Source: Bilabrum cf. latius
Taxonomy: Eukaryota
Assembly (NCBI GenBank): GCA_965178125.1
Contig: OZ237769.1
Coordinates: forward strand, 248,001 to 312,000
Length of the DNA: 64,000 bases
Reading direction: 5' to 3'
The notes beneath the pieces were generated by a model, which saw only the letters and a list, made by a program, of their open reading frames with translations, made no database searches and was not told the origin of the DNA. Shown in pieces: positions 24,501 to 37,662 of this stretch (position 1 is its first letter; each line of letters opens with the position of its first letter). A program made the translations under genes and the position numbers.

Positions 24501-27278
24501 AGGCAGCAGCGCATCCGCAGGGAAGACTCCGTGCAGATGCTGTGGCCTGTGCTGCGGCCTGCAGGCAGCTCCCAGTCGGGTGGGGGCCAGCGCCAGGGCA
24601 GGGGAAGATCATCACCCAGCACGCTCGGGAGCCGCGCGGAGAGTCGCGCTGCCTCCAGACGATCTTCCATCACGGGGGCCGCTTCCGCCGTGGGCGATCG
24701 GATCAATGATCGGATCAATGACGCAACGAGTACCGCCAGCAGGAGCAGGAAGCGAGGCGACAGGCGTCGGTCGGCGGGCCGCCGCAAGATGCGCGAGGCA
24801 TTCGGGCTGGTGAATGTGGCCATCATGAGGCTGCGAGCACACCGCGCCAAGCAGCAACTGAGAAAGATGAACGCGCAGAGATGGCAGGAAAAGAAGGTGA
24901 ACTTGCCTGCCTCGGTCAAAGTGGCAGAACCTTAGTCGCTGCTGGACGGGGTTGCAAACGCGGTAGTGGCGGTGATGCTGTACGCATTCGCGCGTCTCCT
25001 GTTCGCCAGCTTGTCCGTTGACTTTGGGCCGGACTACGGCATAGTGCTGGCATGCCTCGCTGCTGTCGCCGCCGTGAGCACCCTGTACAACATGATGGGT
25101 GGTGCGAGTGGCATGGGCGATGCAGGCTCTCTGCCTCTGCCGCTTGCACTCCTGGTGTACTGCACGCTGCTACTCTTCTTCCTCGTCACAGTGGTCCTTG
25201 CCTCGCTGAACGCTGACGGTTCCGAGCTGCAGGCTCCCGGCTTCGATCCCCACGAGGTGTTGCCCACGGGCCGCGGACGCATGCGGGACCAGCGGCTGCT
25301 TGGGGGGCTGCGGGTGCTGTGGGTCACGTTCATCGAGTCGCGAGTGTCGGGAGTGCTGGCCTGCGCCGAGTTTGGGTTGCTGATTGCAATCGCAGTCGCG
25401 TACATCATCGTCGGGGAATATCTAAGAGCGGATTCGCCTTTGGCCACCCGGGCGCGGGAAAAGTACCACCGCCGGATCTTTGGAGCCAACCGGCTTGCCC
25501 TGCAGGGCAAGCTGGTGTCTCCGGATGACGACGATCTCGAGTCAGTGGTGACGTCACTGGCGGAGTCATTCAGCCGGAGGTCACTTCTCTCCGAGAGGTC
25601 GGAGCTCCCTGGCAGGTACAGCTACGGCCCGGGGCTGGGGGGAAGGGCGCACGATGGGATTGATGACGGGGCCTCGGTGGCTGGCAGCGTGCGGCTGGGT
25701 AGCCCAGACGCACACGGAAACGGCCCGAGCAACAGCCCCGGCTTGCAGGCGCACGGCATTGCAGCGCTCCAGGGGCGCGACACCCGCCGCATGAGCCGCC
25801 GCCACCTCACCTCGCTCAAGCAGCAGGCCAGGGCCGCCAAGCAGAACCGCTTCCAGCGCCGCGCGAGCCGCCGCATGTCCACGCGCAGCCAGGCAAGCCG
25901 CGTCTCCGTGGCCCAGCGGGTGTACTAGCAGACTGGAATGGACGTGAGCGACATGATGAGTGCGATCTAGGCGTACAGGGACGGCTCAAGGGAGACCATG
26001 CGGGCTCGCAGGACCAAACTCGCAGAGTCCAACAAGGAGGAGGAGGACGATGGCGGTTCCGCAACTGATTCGCGCGCGGTGCCGGCGCTCCGTGCCGTGG
26101 GCAGCCGCAGGCGTCTGTCCCAGGCCAGCACGTTCAGCTCTGGGGGGAGCGGTGCAGGTGCAGGGGCAGGGGTGGGTGGTGCCGGGTCGGTCCGTGGATT
26201 GCCAGGCGCCGGCCAAGGAGGAGAGGCTGGCAGCGTCAGGCCAAATGGGAATGGGGACGGTGATTCCGGGGATGAGGATGCAGATGATGACGACGAGGAA
26301 GAGTACTTTGTCGGTGCAGCCGAGCTGGAGGAGGCCGGTGCTATCCTGGAGGGACTCAGGCAGGTGCTAGAGAATGAGAACGAGAGGAGGGCAGAGGCAG
26401 TCAGGATCCATGCGGCCATGGCGATGCAGGCCGCGGCTGGTGGGATGACCGGTGATGCCGCTGACGGTGCTGGCGATGACGGCACCAGCGCTGGAGGCAA
26501 CGGACGCGAGAACAAGCCAGGGACGGGAAGCAAACACTCGTCATCATCGAAGTTCGGAGCGGTGAATCCGCTCGTGCTCGCTGCGAGGGCCAGGGCCAGC
26601 GGCGGAGGTAGCGGCGGCAATAAAAATAGGAAGAAGAAGATGGCCGGGAGGTCTGCCTCGATGCGGGCGGGCTTGGGAGCTGGCGCAGGGCGGGGACCAG
26701 GGCTGCTCCCGCCCGCGGATGCACTGCATGGTGGTGGGATGAGTGAGGATCCGGAGCTGAATGACGCGGAGGAGACTGTGCTGCTGATGGCAAGGCGGCT
26801 GATAGAGGAGAGGATGGAGAGGGTTGGGGCCGGCTGGAAGCGCAAAGGTGGGGGCATCGGTGGTGCGGTGGGGCGGCTCGGGGCAGCTGCGGACGATGCT
26901 GCCGTTGGTGCGGGTGCGGGGGCGGGGGCTGGCAGAGCCGCAGCCTGGAGGGGCCGCGAGGCGCAATCGTCCAGGGCTTTGGGCTCCGGGTCATCGAAAT
27001 TCCAGCTTGGCGGGCCAGCCAGCCCCGCACACGGCAGGGGCATGCGAGCCCTGGGGGCGCTCGGCGTCTTGGTCCGGGGGGGCATCGTGGGGGGTGGGGT
27101 GCTGTCAGCATACCGGGCAAAGGCGGGGGCCAGGGCGCTCGGACTCGGAATCGGAATCGGTGCCGGAGCGAGGAAGGCAGGCAAAGCCTCTGCACCAGGG
27201 AACAACTCGGGGAACAAGGGTAACATACCTGCTGTTCCCCAAGGAAGACGATCCTCCGTTTCTAGCCAGTCAAGCGGT

Positions 27279-27328
<50 letters not shown>

Positions 27329-29204
27329 TTACACTTCTGGTGATCGTGCCATGCAGCATGACCACCGTCACCGTGGGGGTGCGTTTTCCTCTGGTCCTCC
27401 CGCCACCCGGGCACAGGCACAGGCCTCCTTGCTTGACGGACCTGGGGGGCGCAATCACAGGCCCAGGCTGTCCACGGGGTCGGGGTCACTTCGGGACATT
27501 GTTGGGCTGCGACGGCTCTCTTCATCCACCGGTGGATTTTCACCGCCGATGGGGTCGGTCGGCCGGCGGGGCAGCGTCGGCAGCAGCGGTCCATGGGGGG
27601 CATCCGATGCTGCCGACTCAGCCCCTGCTTCTTCCCGCAGGTCCAGTTTCATGGGGGGGAGCGGTGGTGAGGGTGCATCGCACGGTGGTGCAGGGGAATT
27701 CAAAGCGGACGGGCCGCAGTCCCGCAGGGCACCGATCATTCGGAGCTCCAGCATACACACGTCGCTCGGCGTGGCCGAGCGGCGCCGCAGCAGCAGCGGG
27801 GTGCTTCACCTCACTTCCCCCCTTCACCTGCTGGAGGAGGACCTGGGGGCCATTCAGGAGGAGTCCCCGGCGCACAGCAGGAGGGCCAGGATCGGGGAGT
27901 CGAGGGTGGGCAAAGGCGCAGGCAGGGGCATGGGCAGGCGCGGGAGCACCCACAGCAGGAGCCAGAGATCGATCGGGAGAGGAGGAGGAGGAGGAGGAGG
28001 AGGAACACCGGGCCGCGCCAGCTGGACGGGCTCAGAAACAGGGGCTGGAGGTGGCACAGGCTCGGGGACTGGCACAGGCTCCGACACGGGTACCACGGAG
28101 AGGGGCGGAACTATGGACGAGTCGCGCGATACGATGGGTGACGTGGAGGGTGACACGGGCAGCAGGTCCACCTCATAGGCAGGGGATGCGACCAGCGGGA
28201 TCAGCAGCGTTGGCAAACGGCACGGCGAGCGAGGGGCCGAAGATGGGCCCGCTGGTAAGAGCGTTGGCGGTGGTGGTGGCAATGGTGGTGACGGTGGTGG
28301 TGGTGGAAGCGTGCAGTCGGACGGAAGGTCTTCGGCCACCATGACCCGCCGCAGCTCACTGGGGCGTGGCGCTCTCCTCGGTCAATCGTCACACCGGGAG
28401 GACCGACAGGTTGCAACCGGCGTGATTGGGGCTCTTGCAAGGAGCGGGAATGGCAACGGGGTCGGCGGGCTGCTGGCACCCATGGATAGCAGAAGGTCCC
28501 TTGCATCCATGGCAAGCCTGAGCATGCGCTCAGTGGGTGATCGATTGCAGCATCTGCACGAGGAGGAGGAGCAGGAGGAGTCGGGCGCTAAGGCTGGGGC
28601 TGGGGCTGGGGCTGGGGCTGGGGGTGGCCCTAGCAGCGAGAAGCTGGGAGTGTAGGTGGACGAACCCGGCCAGGACAGAGAGAAGGTTCGCTCCAGGCAG
28701 CCCTTCAGCGGTGATTCTGGCCATCGAGAGGGGCGTGCGGCAATGTCGAAATCAGCGCATGCCCCTCCATCTGGTGATGCTGGCGGCGGTAAAAACCGTC
28801 AAGCATCCAATGATGGAGCGGCAAGGGTAGGAGGAGAGACAGGCGGGATTCAGGCCGACGAGGACGAGGGGGTGTCCAAGGCAGGAAGCATCAGCGAGAG
28901 AGCGAAGGAGCTGCTGCGGAAGCGGAAGGGGAGGAGGAGGGTACGCGGGGCGATGGCTACAGTCCGAGGCGCAGTCAGGATGATGAAGCGGGATAGTGCC
29001 AGTGGTGCCGGTGCCGGCTCCATTGAGAGTAGCGCAGCCTCACAGCCTGGTAGTGATGCATCGCCAGGTGCATCTGCCGCCGGTACAGCAGCTGCCAATC
29101 TGCTTGCACGCCCTGTAAGAGGCAGGAACCGCCGCGTCAGCCTCAGAACCATGATGCTGACGGGAGCGAAATACACGGAGCCTGGCGCAGTAGAGCACAA
29201 CTGA
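21555..29204 (+). CDS. Very large low-complexity protein, 2549 aa, with a central block of about 4 TM segments; function unknown
   Basis: Eight ORF-track pieces lie in one frame with only TAG between them (21642, 22002, 22554, 22713, 22821, 24045, 24285, 24933, 25926, 25968, 28176, 28653). TGA at 29202. Hydrophobic segments at about 24960-25420. Confidence 0.75.
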
Positions 29205-29597
29205 CATCTTGGCAGACTTACAGCACGCCATGCAGGTTGTGGCATTCGAATTGGGAGGGTCGGTGCGCTAGCTTGATTGAAAGATGGGAGCGGGACGTTC
29301 ATCACGATCCTTGGATCAGCACCAGCGCGTCGTTCATTCCCTGCTGCCGACACATTATCGGTTGCCGGCTTGCACGTGAGGAGCGAATTCTAGCAATACC
29401 CCCATACTCCATTTCCACGCTTCTCTGTCAAGGTCCCGCGATTGGATGTAGCAACAAAGACAAGGATCGCTGCTGCTGCTCGTCATCGCCAATGCGCCAC
29501 GCCCAGTTGTGCAATCCTCGCTTGTTTTGCTGTTCAGTCGCGGTCATGCATACTAAACATATTCATTTTTCAGTTGCGCAGTTCAACGTGATTCAGC

Positions 29598-31391
29598 ATG
29601 CTCTTGAGAACCGTTTCAGCGGCTGCAGCAGCAGTTGCAGTTGCGTCCGGTGCTTTGTCAGCTTCGGCGAGTCTTGACGATCAGTTTGTGTTCGGAATGG
29701 ACCTCTTCAGTGACTCACCAGGATCATGGGCAGCAGCTTCGGGCCAGCTGGCTGTGCAGCAGGTGCAGTCGAGGCTGAACGCACGCGATATAGCCATCGT
29801 CCCGTCCTGGTTCCAGTACACGATAAACTCGACAGAGATCCGTCCTGATCCGCACAAAACCATCACTGATGATGATATTCGCACAGACGCAAGCCAGGCG
29901 AAGTCAAGCGGGATGCGGGTCATCCTCAAGCCTCACGTGGACTGCGAGAGCGGCACGTGGCGTGCCGATATAGGAAAGCATTTCCAGCACCAGTGGCAGT
30001 GGGACCAGTGGTTCGGAAACTACACCTCATTCATGACACAGTACGCATCCCTGGCGGCAGAAATCGGTGCAGACTGGCTCGTGGTCGGCACCGAGATGAA
30101 GACATCCACCGCGAAACAGCCCGACATGTGGCGCTCCACCATCCAAGCGATCCGCAAGACGCTGGCCGCCGCCCCGGGCGGCTCCTCCGTCAAGCTCGTG
30201 TATGGGGCCAACTTCAACGAGCCCGTCACGTTCTGGGACGCCCTGGACGCCATCGGCATCGACGCCTACTTCGGGCTGGATGGCGCCCCCGATCCACCGG
30301 TGGGGGCGCTGGTCAAGGCATGGCAGCCCATCGTGGAAAACCTCTCCGCACTGTCCAAGCAGTGGGGGAACAAGAAGATCATCTTCTGCGAGGTCGGATA
30401 CAGGTCCTACTCTCTGACGGCGAGATACCCGGGGGTGTACCAGGGCCACTCGCCCCCCGACATGCAGGCGCAGGTGAACGCGTACGATGCTCTGTTCCAG
30501 GCGGTGCTCGGTCTGGAGGGGGCTTCGGGTGCATCGCATGGCGGTGCAGCCACGGGGCCGCCCTCATGGATGGGTGGGGTCCTCATCTGGGCGTGGGGGA
30601 GCAGTTTGCTGGAGGGAGGCAGGTGTGACGACGGGTACTCGGTGAGGGATAAGCCGGCGCAGGAGACTCTGAACCATTATTTCAGCGCGCTGGGGCAGGC
30701 GCAGGGGCAGGGACAGGGACGACCCGGAGCGGCACCCAAGGCTACGGTATCGTTGTCGGTGCCTGTTTCCTCCGCCTCCGGCTCGTCTTCATCTGATGTG
30801 CTGTACTCGGACGGATTGGCCAAGGGCTGGTAGTCCTGGTCCTACAACGGAATTTTCGAGCCAGACAACAAGACAAGCCCGCTGCCCCCCGGCCGCACGG
30901 AGGTTTTCTCCGCTCTGGAGGTGAAGCCGTACGGCGGCATCTCGCTGAGGGGCTCGCCCTTCGTCCCCGCGAGCAGCATACAAGCCGTGCGGGTCACCAT
31001 GCGAGCAGACGTGGATTCGCTGGGATAGGCCACTGCGAACGACATGTCCCTGGCGCTGTGCGCGTGTGACGATTGCTCCAGGGCCGGCTGCGGGTTCGCG
31101 AGCGTGCCACTGGGCCGGTTTCTGGAGCCGTTCAACTGCACCGTGCCGACCGAATGGAGCTCGCAGTACAAGCCTGGGAACAATGGGGCGGTCGTCAGTG
31201 CCGGCGATTCGATGCCACCGGGCGCCATCGAAGTGCCGATGAGCGACCTGGCCCCACTCGTCATCCAGGGAGGAAAAGCCGTCGCCAACACGAGCTGGTC
31301 CCTGCACCGCGTCCACGTGGGAAATGAGAATAACTCGCATAACGCAACTTTCTACGTGGGGGATATGTGGCTGGTGACGAGTGGTGACTAA
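29598..31391 (+). CDS. Secreted glycoside hydrolase family 113-like enzyme with a C-terminal carbohydrate-binding-like domain, 597 aa
   Basis: Signal peptide. Motifs VILKPHVD, WRADI, VVGTEM, YGANF, FWDALDAIGIDAYF and IIFCEVGYRS. C-terminal domain runs LYSDGLAKGW*SWSY...FYVGDMWLV through TAG 30831 and 31026. Ends in TAA. Confidence 0.8.
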
Positions 31392-31677
31392 AGGGCTGGC
31401 ACCAACCGCGGCAGCAATGCCCGTGTCGCGCTCACACGTCGATTTGAAGTAGTGTGCCTGATGTCTAGCTTGCTTGTTTGCTGCGAAGTGCACATCGTGA
31501 GTATGGATTCTTGGAATGCTCACATTTCACAATCCGGAACCGTGGAGCACTTGCTTTCGCTCAAACCTTGCACAAACATCTAGTCTACGTAATTCCCGTC
31601 TTGTAAGCATAATCATACTAATTAACCGAACCATGTCTGATCCTGGCCTTAGGCCTCCAGTTAGTTGCACTGGCATC

Positions 31678-31791
31678 CGTCAAGTGGCCCCACTCTCTCC
31701 GGCGCCACAGTCACAGCGTGCCTCCGCACCGGCTCGTCAAGTGGCCCCACTCTCTCCTGCGCCACAGTCACAGCGTGCCTCCGCACTGGCT
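31678..31791. repeat. 57-bp direct repeat x2 overlapping the 3' end of the PAE-like gene
   Basis: cgtcaagtggccccactctctcc..gccacagtcacagcgtgcctccgcac.ggct occurs twice in tandem. Confidence 0.9.
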
Positions 31792-33495
31792 CGGGTTGCA
31801 CAAAAATCCACCGCACGAGTCATTGAAAGTTCCAAAGATCGCAGGCCCGGGCCCGCCCCTCGCGGTGGCATCCAGAAATGAGGGCAGAGCGACGGACATG
31901 GCCTCCTGATGCATGAACCCCTCTAGCTCGTCATACACCAGCTGAGTGTAGAACTCCCGGGATACCGCCCCCCAGGCGGGGCCGCTGCAGGACGAAGTGA
32001 AGGTGTAGTTGGATGCCATCCGAGCAGTCCTTCTCACACTGGCCGCGAAATTCGCGATGAACTGCCTCTAATCCTAGATCTACCCCCCTACTGAGTCGCC
32101 TCTGTCCTTCGAGTCCACCCCACTGGCAGCCTGCTGGCCAACACTCACAGGATCGACCATCGCGGGGTTCGGAAGGGTGGCATTGGGTTGCAGCGGCGGC
32201 CATGGACCGGGGATCAGCCGCCCCAGCTGCCTCTAGTCGAATAATGCTGACCTCACTAGCGTGTGCACTGCGGCCGCAGTGCCGTTGCCGAAGCCATCAC
32301 CACCATTGCCCTCCTTGGCAGCATCGTGCAGTGCACCCGCCACTCGGTCTGCCAGCACGTCCTCGCCCTTACCAGAGGCAGGCCATCGTTGTTCCCTGGC
32401 AGCGAGCCGTGCCATCTGACCCCAAGGACAGTCGAAAGGGGTGCGGCAGGATGTCGATGTCGAGGTGGAGGTGGATGTGGAAGAAGAAGAAGAGGAAGAA
32501 GAAGACAAAGAGGGCGCGATTGGCCCAGAGCTGCGCCTAGTACCATCTCCCCGTCCTCCTGCCTCGTCTCCAACCGCAGCTGAGGCCCGGTGGCTTGTGC
32601 CTGCAGGAAGGGGGGGGTCGCCCACTCGAGGTGCTGCCAGGGGCTGGGCGTCCTAGATGAGGCACTCGTCACACAGACCCCGGACCAGGGGCGGGCCACC
32701 CGGTCGGGTGCGGTGCTTGGGGGCCTCGGATCGGATCAGGTCCGCGACGGCTCGGAGTCCACTCATCACACCGGCAGGTCCCGCAATCACCACGTCGTCC
32801 GCATCGGACAGCGTCTTGCCCCGGGGCCAGTGCGGCGGATTCGGAATCAGAAGCTGGCGGAGCACCGCAACGGTAATGTCCCAGCCTCGGTGCGGGGTGG
32901 GAGTAGCAGTGGAGAGCGTTCGGCCCCTCGGAGCAAGTGCTCGATTTGTCCTGCTGGCATGCTCGCCCGCTGCTTGCCTATCAGCTCCACGAATCGATGC
33001 TCCTGCTTTGCTATCGTGCTGCTTGTCTTGACCTATTTCTCCTTTGGAGCCCGCGCTGCCGCTGAACAGGTCGCCAGAGCACGCTGGGACGAGCACGGAG
33101 TGCGCCTTGTATAGGTTGGGATTTGCTTCAGCGTACGGCAACAGGGACCCGTCCGGGAATACGGTAGCAGGTAAATGTGACGAGCCGGTTGCGTTTGGCG
33201 GCATAGCCTAGCACGATTCGTCGCTGTAACAAGCTGGCGAACTGCTGTCGAAGGTGATGATCCATCGCACCTACGTCACGTTGCAGAAGTCTGGAAAGCC
33301 AGGCTTTCTGTCCCAGTTGGCAGAACAATTCCGGTAATAAAACTTGGCTGCGTCACCATTCAAGCATGGGAGAGCGGGCTCGACTTGGTACAGGTTGAGC
33401 AGCTGCGCAGCCGGAATGCCTCCGAGTGAGTGGGCCTTGCCTGCAACGGCAATCCAACAAGCTGCTACGAGCATACATAGACACTATGATGACAT
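31768..33495 (-). CDS. Pectinacetylesterase/Notum-family secreted protein (start at 33495 or 33474)
   Basis: Signal peptide. Motifs CLNGDAAKFYYR, RWIITF, CYSDESC, NPNLYKAHSVLVPACSGDLFSG and terminal DSCGGFLCNPSQC. In-frame TAG at 33271, 33208, 32653, 32233, 32080, 32074 and 32068. Ends in TGA. Confidence 0.75.
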
Positions 33496-33660
33496 GGTAA
33501 GCACACAGCTGGGTAGTAGCCCCCGAGAGACTGCTAATAATCTGCACGTCAGCGCCATCGAAATGGGGACGCTCTGTTGGCGCCGCGCACTAGTAGTGTG
33601 TTCCGCAATCCCCCCAACGGCAACACGAGGTTTTTGAGTACGAATAAGTGCCCGTGTACA

Positions 33661-36039
33661 ATGAGTAGCGCATTCGCACTGGACTCTGTTGTGGATGCAG
33701 TACTAGAAGAGTGCTCGAAGCGAGGACATCCCGCTGATAGGGTTTTAGCAGCGTATCTTGTTCGGTCTGTGAGAATGATGCACATTCCAAGCCTTCGTGT
33801 ACGTCTAGCATGATTTATGTATTTATTTGGTGCACTCTGATACGTCCCCACATGTACATGGCCATCGTTGGTATATCTGCAGGTGTTGCTGGAAGACCCA
33901 AGGGCGTTTCCGTTGGACGCACCACTGGGCGACGATGCGGCAAGCACTCTCGTTACCCGCGCGGCACGATTAGCAGAGCGACGGACGGACAATGTAATTG
34001 GCGATACGCTGCGCATGCAGGCAACATTCGAGTCTAGGTTCCATTCCGAACGCGAAAAGTTTCACGGCAAGCTCCGAGCGAGGCAGCGCAGATTGCGAGA
34101 GATGAGGGAGGAAGTGTGCGCCACGCCCGCCAGGCTCGCCTCGGATTACGACGCGATGTCAACGCTTTACAAGACGATATTTCAGTACGTAGCACTGCAC
34201 GCCGATACAGGCAGCGCGGAGGGTCCGTCGGCCTCCTCCAAGCCGAGCGCAGACGCGGCCCGGGAGATCGCCAGCGCCCTAGAAAGCGTCTTTCCCAGAG
34301 CCGGGCTCCGGTTGTTCCTCAGCCACGGGAAGGAAGACAGAGAGGACATGCTCAAACACGTCACGCTGGTCGTGGCAGGCATCCGGCTGTACAACTGGGA
34401 CGCGGGCAAGTCGGCCACGGAGCTTCTGAATGTGCCCGGGGCCGCCGCGGCCTCCGCCTAGCAGCTGGCCACCGATGCCGGGGATGCGGCTGCGCAGGCG
34501 CAAGGACTTTGCGACCAGTACGTGCGCGTGCTCGCCGCCCCCCGAGCACTTGCTCAGGTGGCCGAGGCGGAGCGCAAGGACCCGGAATCGTTAAGAAAGG
34601 CGTGGACCCGGGAGCTCGCAAATCGGAAGCAGCTGGCGGTGTACGCGGGGCAGCTGCACGACCAAGCCGACGAGTCGCTACGGCAGGCCCAGGACTACAC
34701 CGAGGAATTGCGCGGCGCCCTTGCGGAACTTCGCGGGGAGGTGGGCGACCGCACCGCCGTCAGGAAGGAAGAAGTGTTCCCCAAGTTCCTCGCGCTGGGG
34801 CGGCTGTGGAGCGACGCGGCAGGTCTGTGGCACTCATGCTGCCTGCGGGCGCGGTGCTGGGAGTCGCTGGCGCCTTTTGCCACCTCCGGTGTGACGACGC
34901 TCCGGCTGGACACGGTGAGAAAGGTGAGGATGGCCTCGGAGGGGACGGGGGAGGCGGGCCGGGTGCCGGTGGGGGGTGCATCGCACGGTGGTGCAGCTGG
35001 TGAGCACGAGGAGGGAAAGGGGGAAGGCGGCAGCAGCGGCGACGATGAAGACAGAGGGAAGGGTGCCGGGGCGGGCGGGCACGGGGCCGGGTCGTCTGGC
35101 GGAACCGGCGCCGCGCACGCCCGCGTGATTTCTCTTGAAACCGATGCAGAGGCTCAGAGCATCGTCACAGAGCTGGAGGGGTTCTGCCCCGTCAGTCTCG
35201 TGGAGCACGAGGGTCTGCTCGTGGCTGGTGTGACGAGTCTAGGGGTGGCGGAATACCAGGGCAAGCACTTCGCATGCTCCACCGACGCCGCGCTGGAGAC
35301 CTTCGTCGCGGATCCGGAGTCGTATATCCACCGGGCCAGGACGATCGCTTCGGGCATGCCGGAGCTTTTGCTGCTGCTGGGCGTAGAGGCCCAGGGGAAA
35401 CCGGTGGGTGCAGCGCACGATGGCGAGCGGCCGGCCAGCGGGGTGGTGAGCGAGCAATCCACGCAGCTGTCCGAGGCGTCTCTCCCCAGGATCATCGAGT
35501 GGGAGGGGCGGCTGCGGAACCCGAGCGCGGCGCCGGTGCTGGCGGGTGGCGCATCGGGCGCCTCCGGAGCTGCCGCCGCCAGCGGATCCGGAGCCGGAAC
35601 CGGCGCGAGCGCAGCAGCAGGATACGAGCTGGACAAGCCAGGCATGCGGAGCATAGGCACAGACACGCCCGTGCACTTCGTGAAATCGAACAAGGCTCCA
35701 GGGTATACGTTCAGCCAGTGGGATCTGCGCCGACGGGCGCTGCAGATAGCGAACCTTCGCGGGTCAAAGACCACATCCGCCCAGACTGACCTGTCCCACT
35801 CCAGGAGAGAGGCGACGACCCAGGCCTACGAGGCCCAGGAGGCCTCGGTGCAGACGGGGGTGGAGCGGGGAACAAATCCGGTGGCCAGGACGAGGTTTTT
35901 GACGGGGCTGCGGGGAGGGCCCGTCCCCGTGCCGCCGAGGCCAGAGGACCCCCCCGCGGTAAGGGAGGCGAAGCTGGCTGACATGGAGAAGAAGATGAAG
36001 ACGAGGGTCGCGACCGTGGATCTCAAGCTGAGGGGCTGA
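33661..36039 (+). CDS. CFAP206: Cilia- and flagella-associated protein 206
   Basis: Exon 1 33661-33768 (ECSKRG..LAAYLVRS), GT-AG intron 33769-33882, then exon 2. Motifs ALESVFP, VAGIRLYNW, KEEVFPKF, GFCPVSL, GTDTPVHF, WDLRRRALQ and TTSAQTDLSHSRRE. One TAG at 34459. Confidence 0.9.
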
Positions 36040-36190
36040 CGTGTCGCCAGGCCAGCGAAATGGTTAGATTCTATATTCTTTGGTGCGCGATTCCGGTCTT
36101 CGGCTTCAGGCCAATTAATCCAATGTAAAACGTCAACAGCCCATGCCGACCGGGTGTCTTACAATGTTGGGGTTAAACAATTAAAGGAGT

Positions 36191-37027
36191 ATGCCCGAGT
36201 GCCGCATTTGTGGAGATAGTCAGTGCGAAGCTGGCAATCCGTTGCTGTCTGCTTGTAGGTGCAGAAGTGTGGTTCATACCAGATGCCTCGAGAATTGGAT
36301 TCGGATTCGAACCCGCGACCCACTTCCGATATTTGCATCGAACGAACTTGCCGCATAGCAATCCAGGTACGCCTGCGAGGTTTGCCACACACCGTATAGG
36401 GTTGCTTGGATCTAGCCGCCAGGCATTCGATGGGACAGGGCATGCACTGGCAGGGCAAGGACACTTATTGTCTCCATGGCTATGCTACTTTTGTTGGGAT
36501 TTGTGGCAATTGGAACCGCTTTGTCTGTCGCGTTTTCAGTGGGCAAAGACTCCTCGGAAGGCCTGAAGCGGGACTATGAGCGTGCGCCAGTAGCAGCCAT
36601 GGACACGAACAGCACAGATGCAATTACGCCTGTCAGTGGTGGCTTGAGAGGCAAGTCATTCAATGACAGCTAGCCGTCTTCGCTCGACACGCTGATGTTC
36701 GGGGTGGCGGCAGCTGCTGCAATGGTAGGCCTCTTGGCAGCCGTCCGAAAACAGTACACGACGTGGGCGATTGCAGCGGGTCACGACCCTCATTTAGTTC
36801 CACTGACGCCCGAATCGAGCAGCCCAGCGGAGATCAGCGACGGCAGGAGAGCTGCCAGGGGTGAACGGCCGCACATACCTGCAGCCGGAATGAGTCTTCG
36901 GGACGTTGCCGCCCACGCTCCCAGCGAGATGTCAGGTGACGACTGGGAGCGGCTGAGGCTACAAATGCAAGCGGAGCAGGACATGGTTGAGGAGAGACGG
37001 CATGCGAATGACCTAGCACAGCCATGA
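36191..37027 (+). CDS. RING-CH (MARCH-type) membrane E3 ubiquitin ligase, 278 aa
   Basis: MPECRICG...LLSACRCRSVVHTRCLENW...A*QSRYACEVCHTPY is a C4HC3 pattern, followed by two hydrophobic segments. TAG at 36356, 36413 and 36671; TGA at 37025. Confidence 0.85.
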
Positions 37028-37239
37028 CATTGGGCAAGCGATCATCCTTGCTGCAGCAGCAGCTATGGCATCTTGGCTGATCTGCCATGGGGGGGGAAGG
37101 GGTGCATCGTCACCCGCGTTTCAGTATTTTGGCTGCCAGTGGGTGCGATTGAGACCATACAAAGCTAGCTCGTATTGGCACAATGTCCTACGAGTCTGCC
37201 AGAAATCGTACCATGGGCGCCGCGAGTTCTCCTCACGGG

Positions 37240-37662
37240 TCACGAGTCCATCGCCAAGCTCACCCACTTATTGGTTTCGGGATAGTATCCGTCGATGGAC
37301 CCGTCTTCTCCCGCCTTGAGCGTTGAAGATTCGTCCATTTCTGTTGTTTCCTATTTGTTCTCGGTGCCACCATTCCCAGAAGAGTGTGATTTTTTGTGCA
37401 CGGACTACAACGTGAAGGTAATGATGGTTCCCTTGATGTCCTTCTTGGCCTCGATTTTGGAGTCGCTCGACCACGTCCCTGTCGTATTGTACACATTCGT
37501 GTCAGTGCCTCCAAACATCCCGTCAGCTTCTTGGCGATTGTACATTGCCTCTGACGTCCACGTTCCGTCCGCGTGCATGGATAGCTTCAAGCTGTCACTT
37601 TGGTCCCACGTGCGACCTTCAGACGTGTCCGACCACACGAAAGTTGCAATTACTGCACTCAT
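37240..37662 (-). CDS. Hypothetical protein, 140 aa, possibly beta-rich
   Basis: ATG 37662 (MSAVIATFVWSD...). Reads through TAG 37405 and 37351 to TGA 37240. No homolog recognised. Confidence 0.55.

Noticed and set aside
19483-28344. Long antisense and alternative-frame ORFs (e.g. 19483-21129, 25967-27325, 26824-28344)
   Set aside because: They are shadows of GC-rich, low-complexity coding sequence and carry no recognisable motifs.
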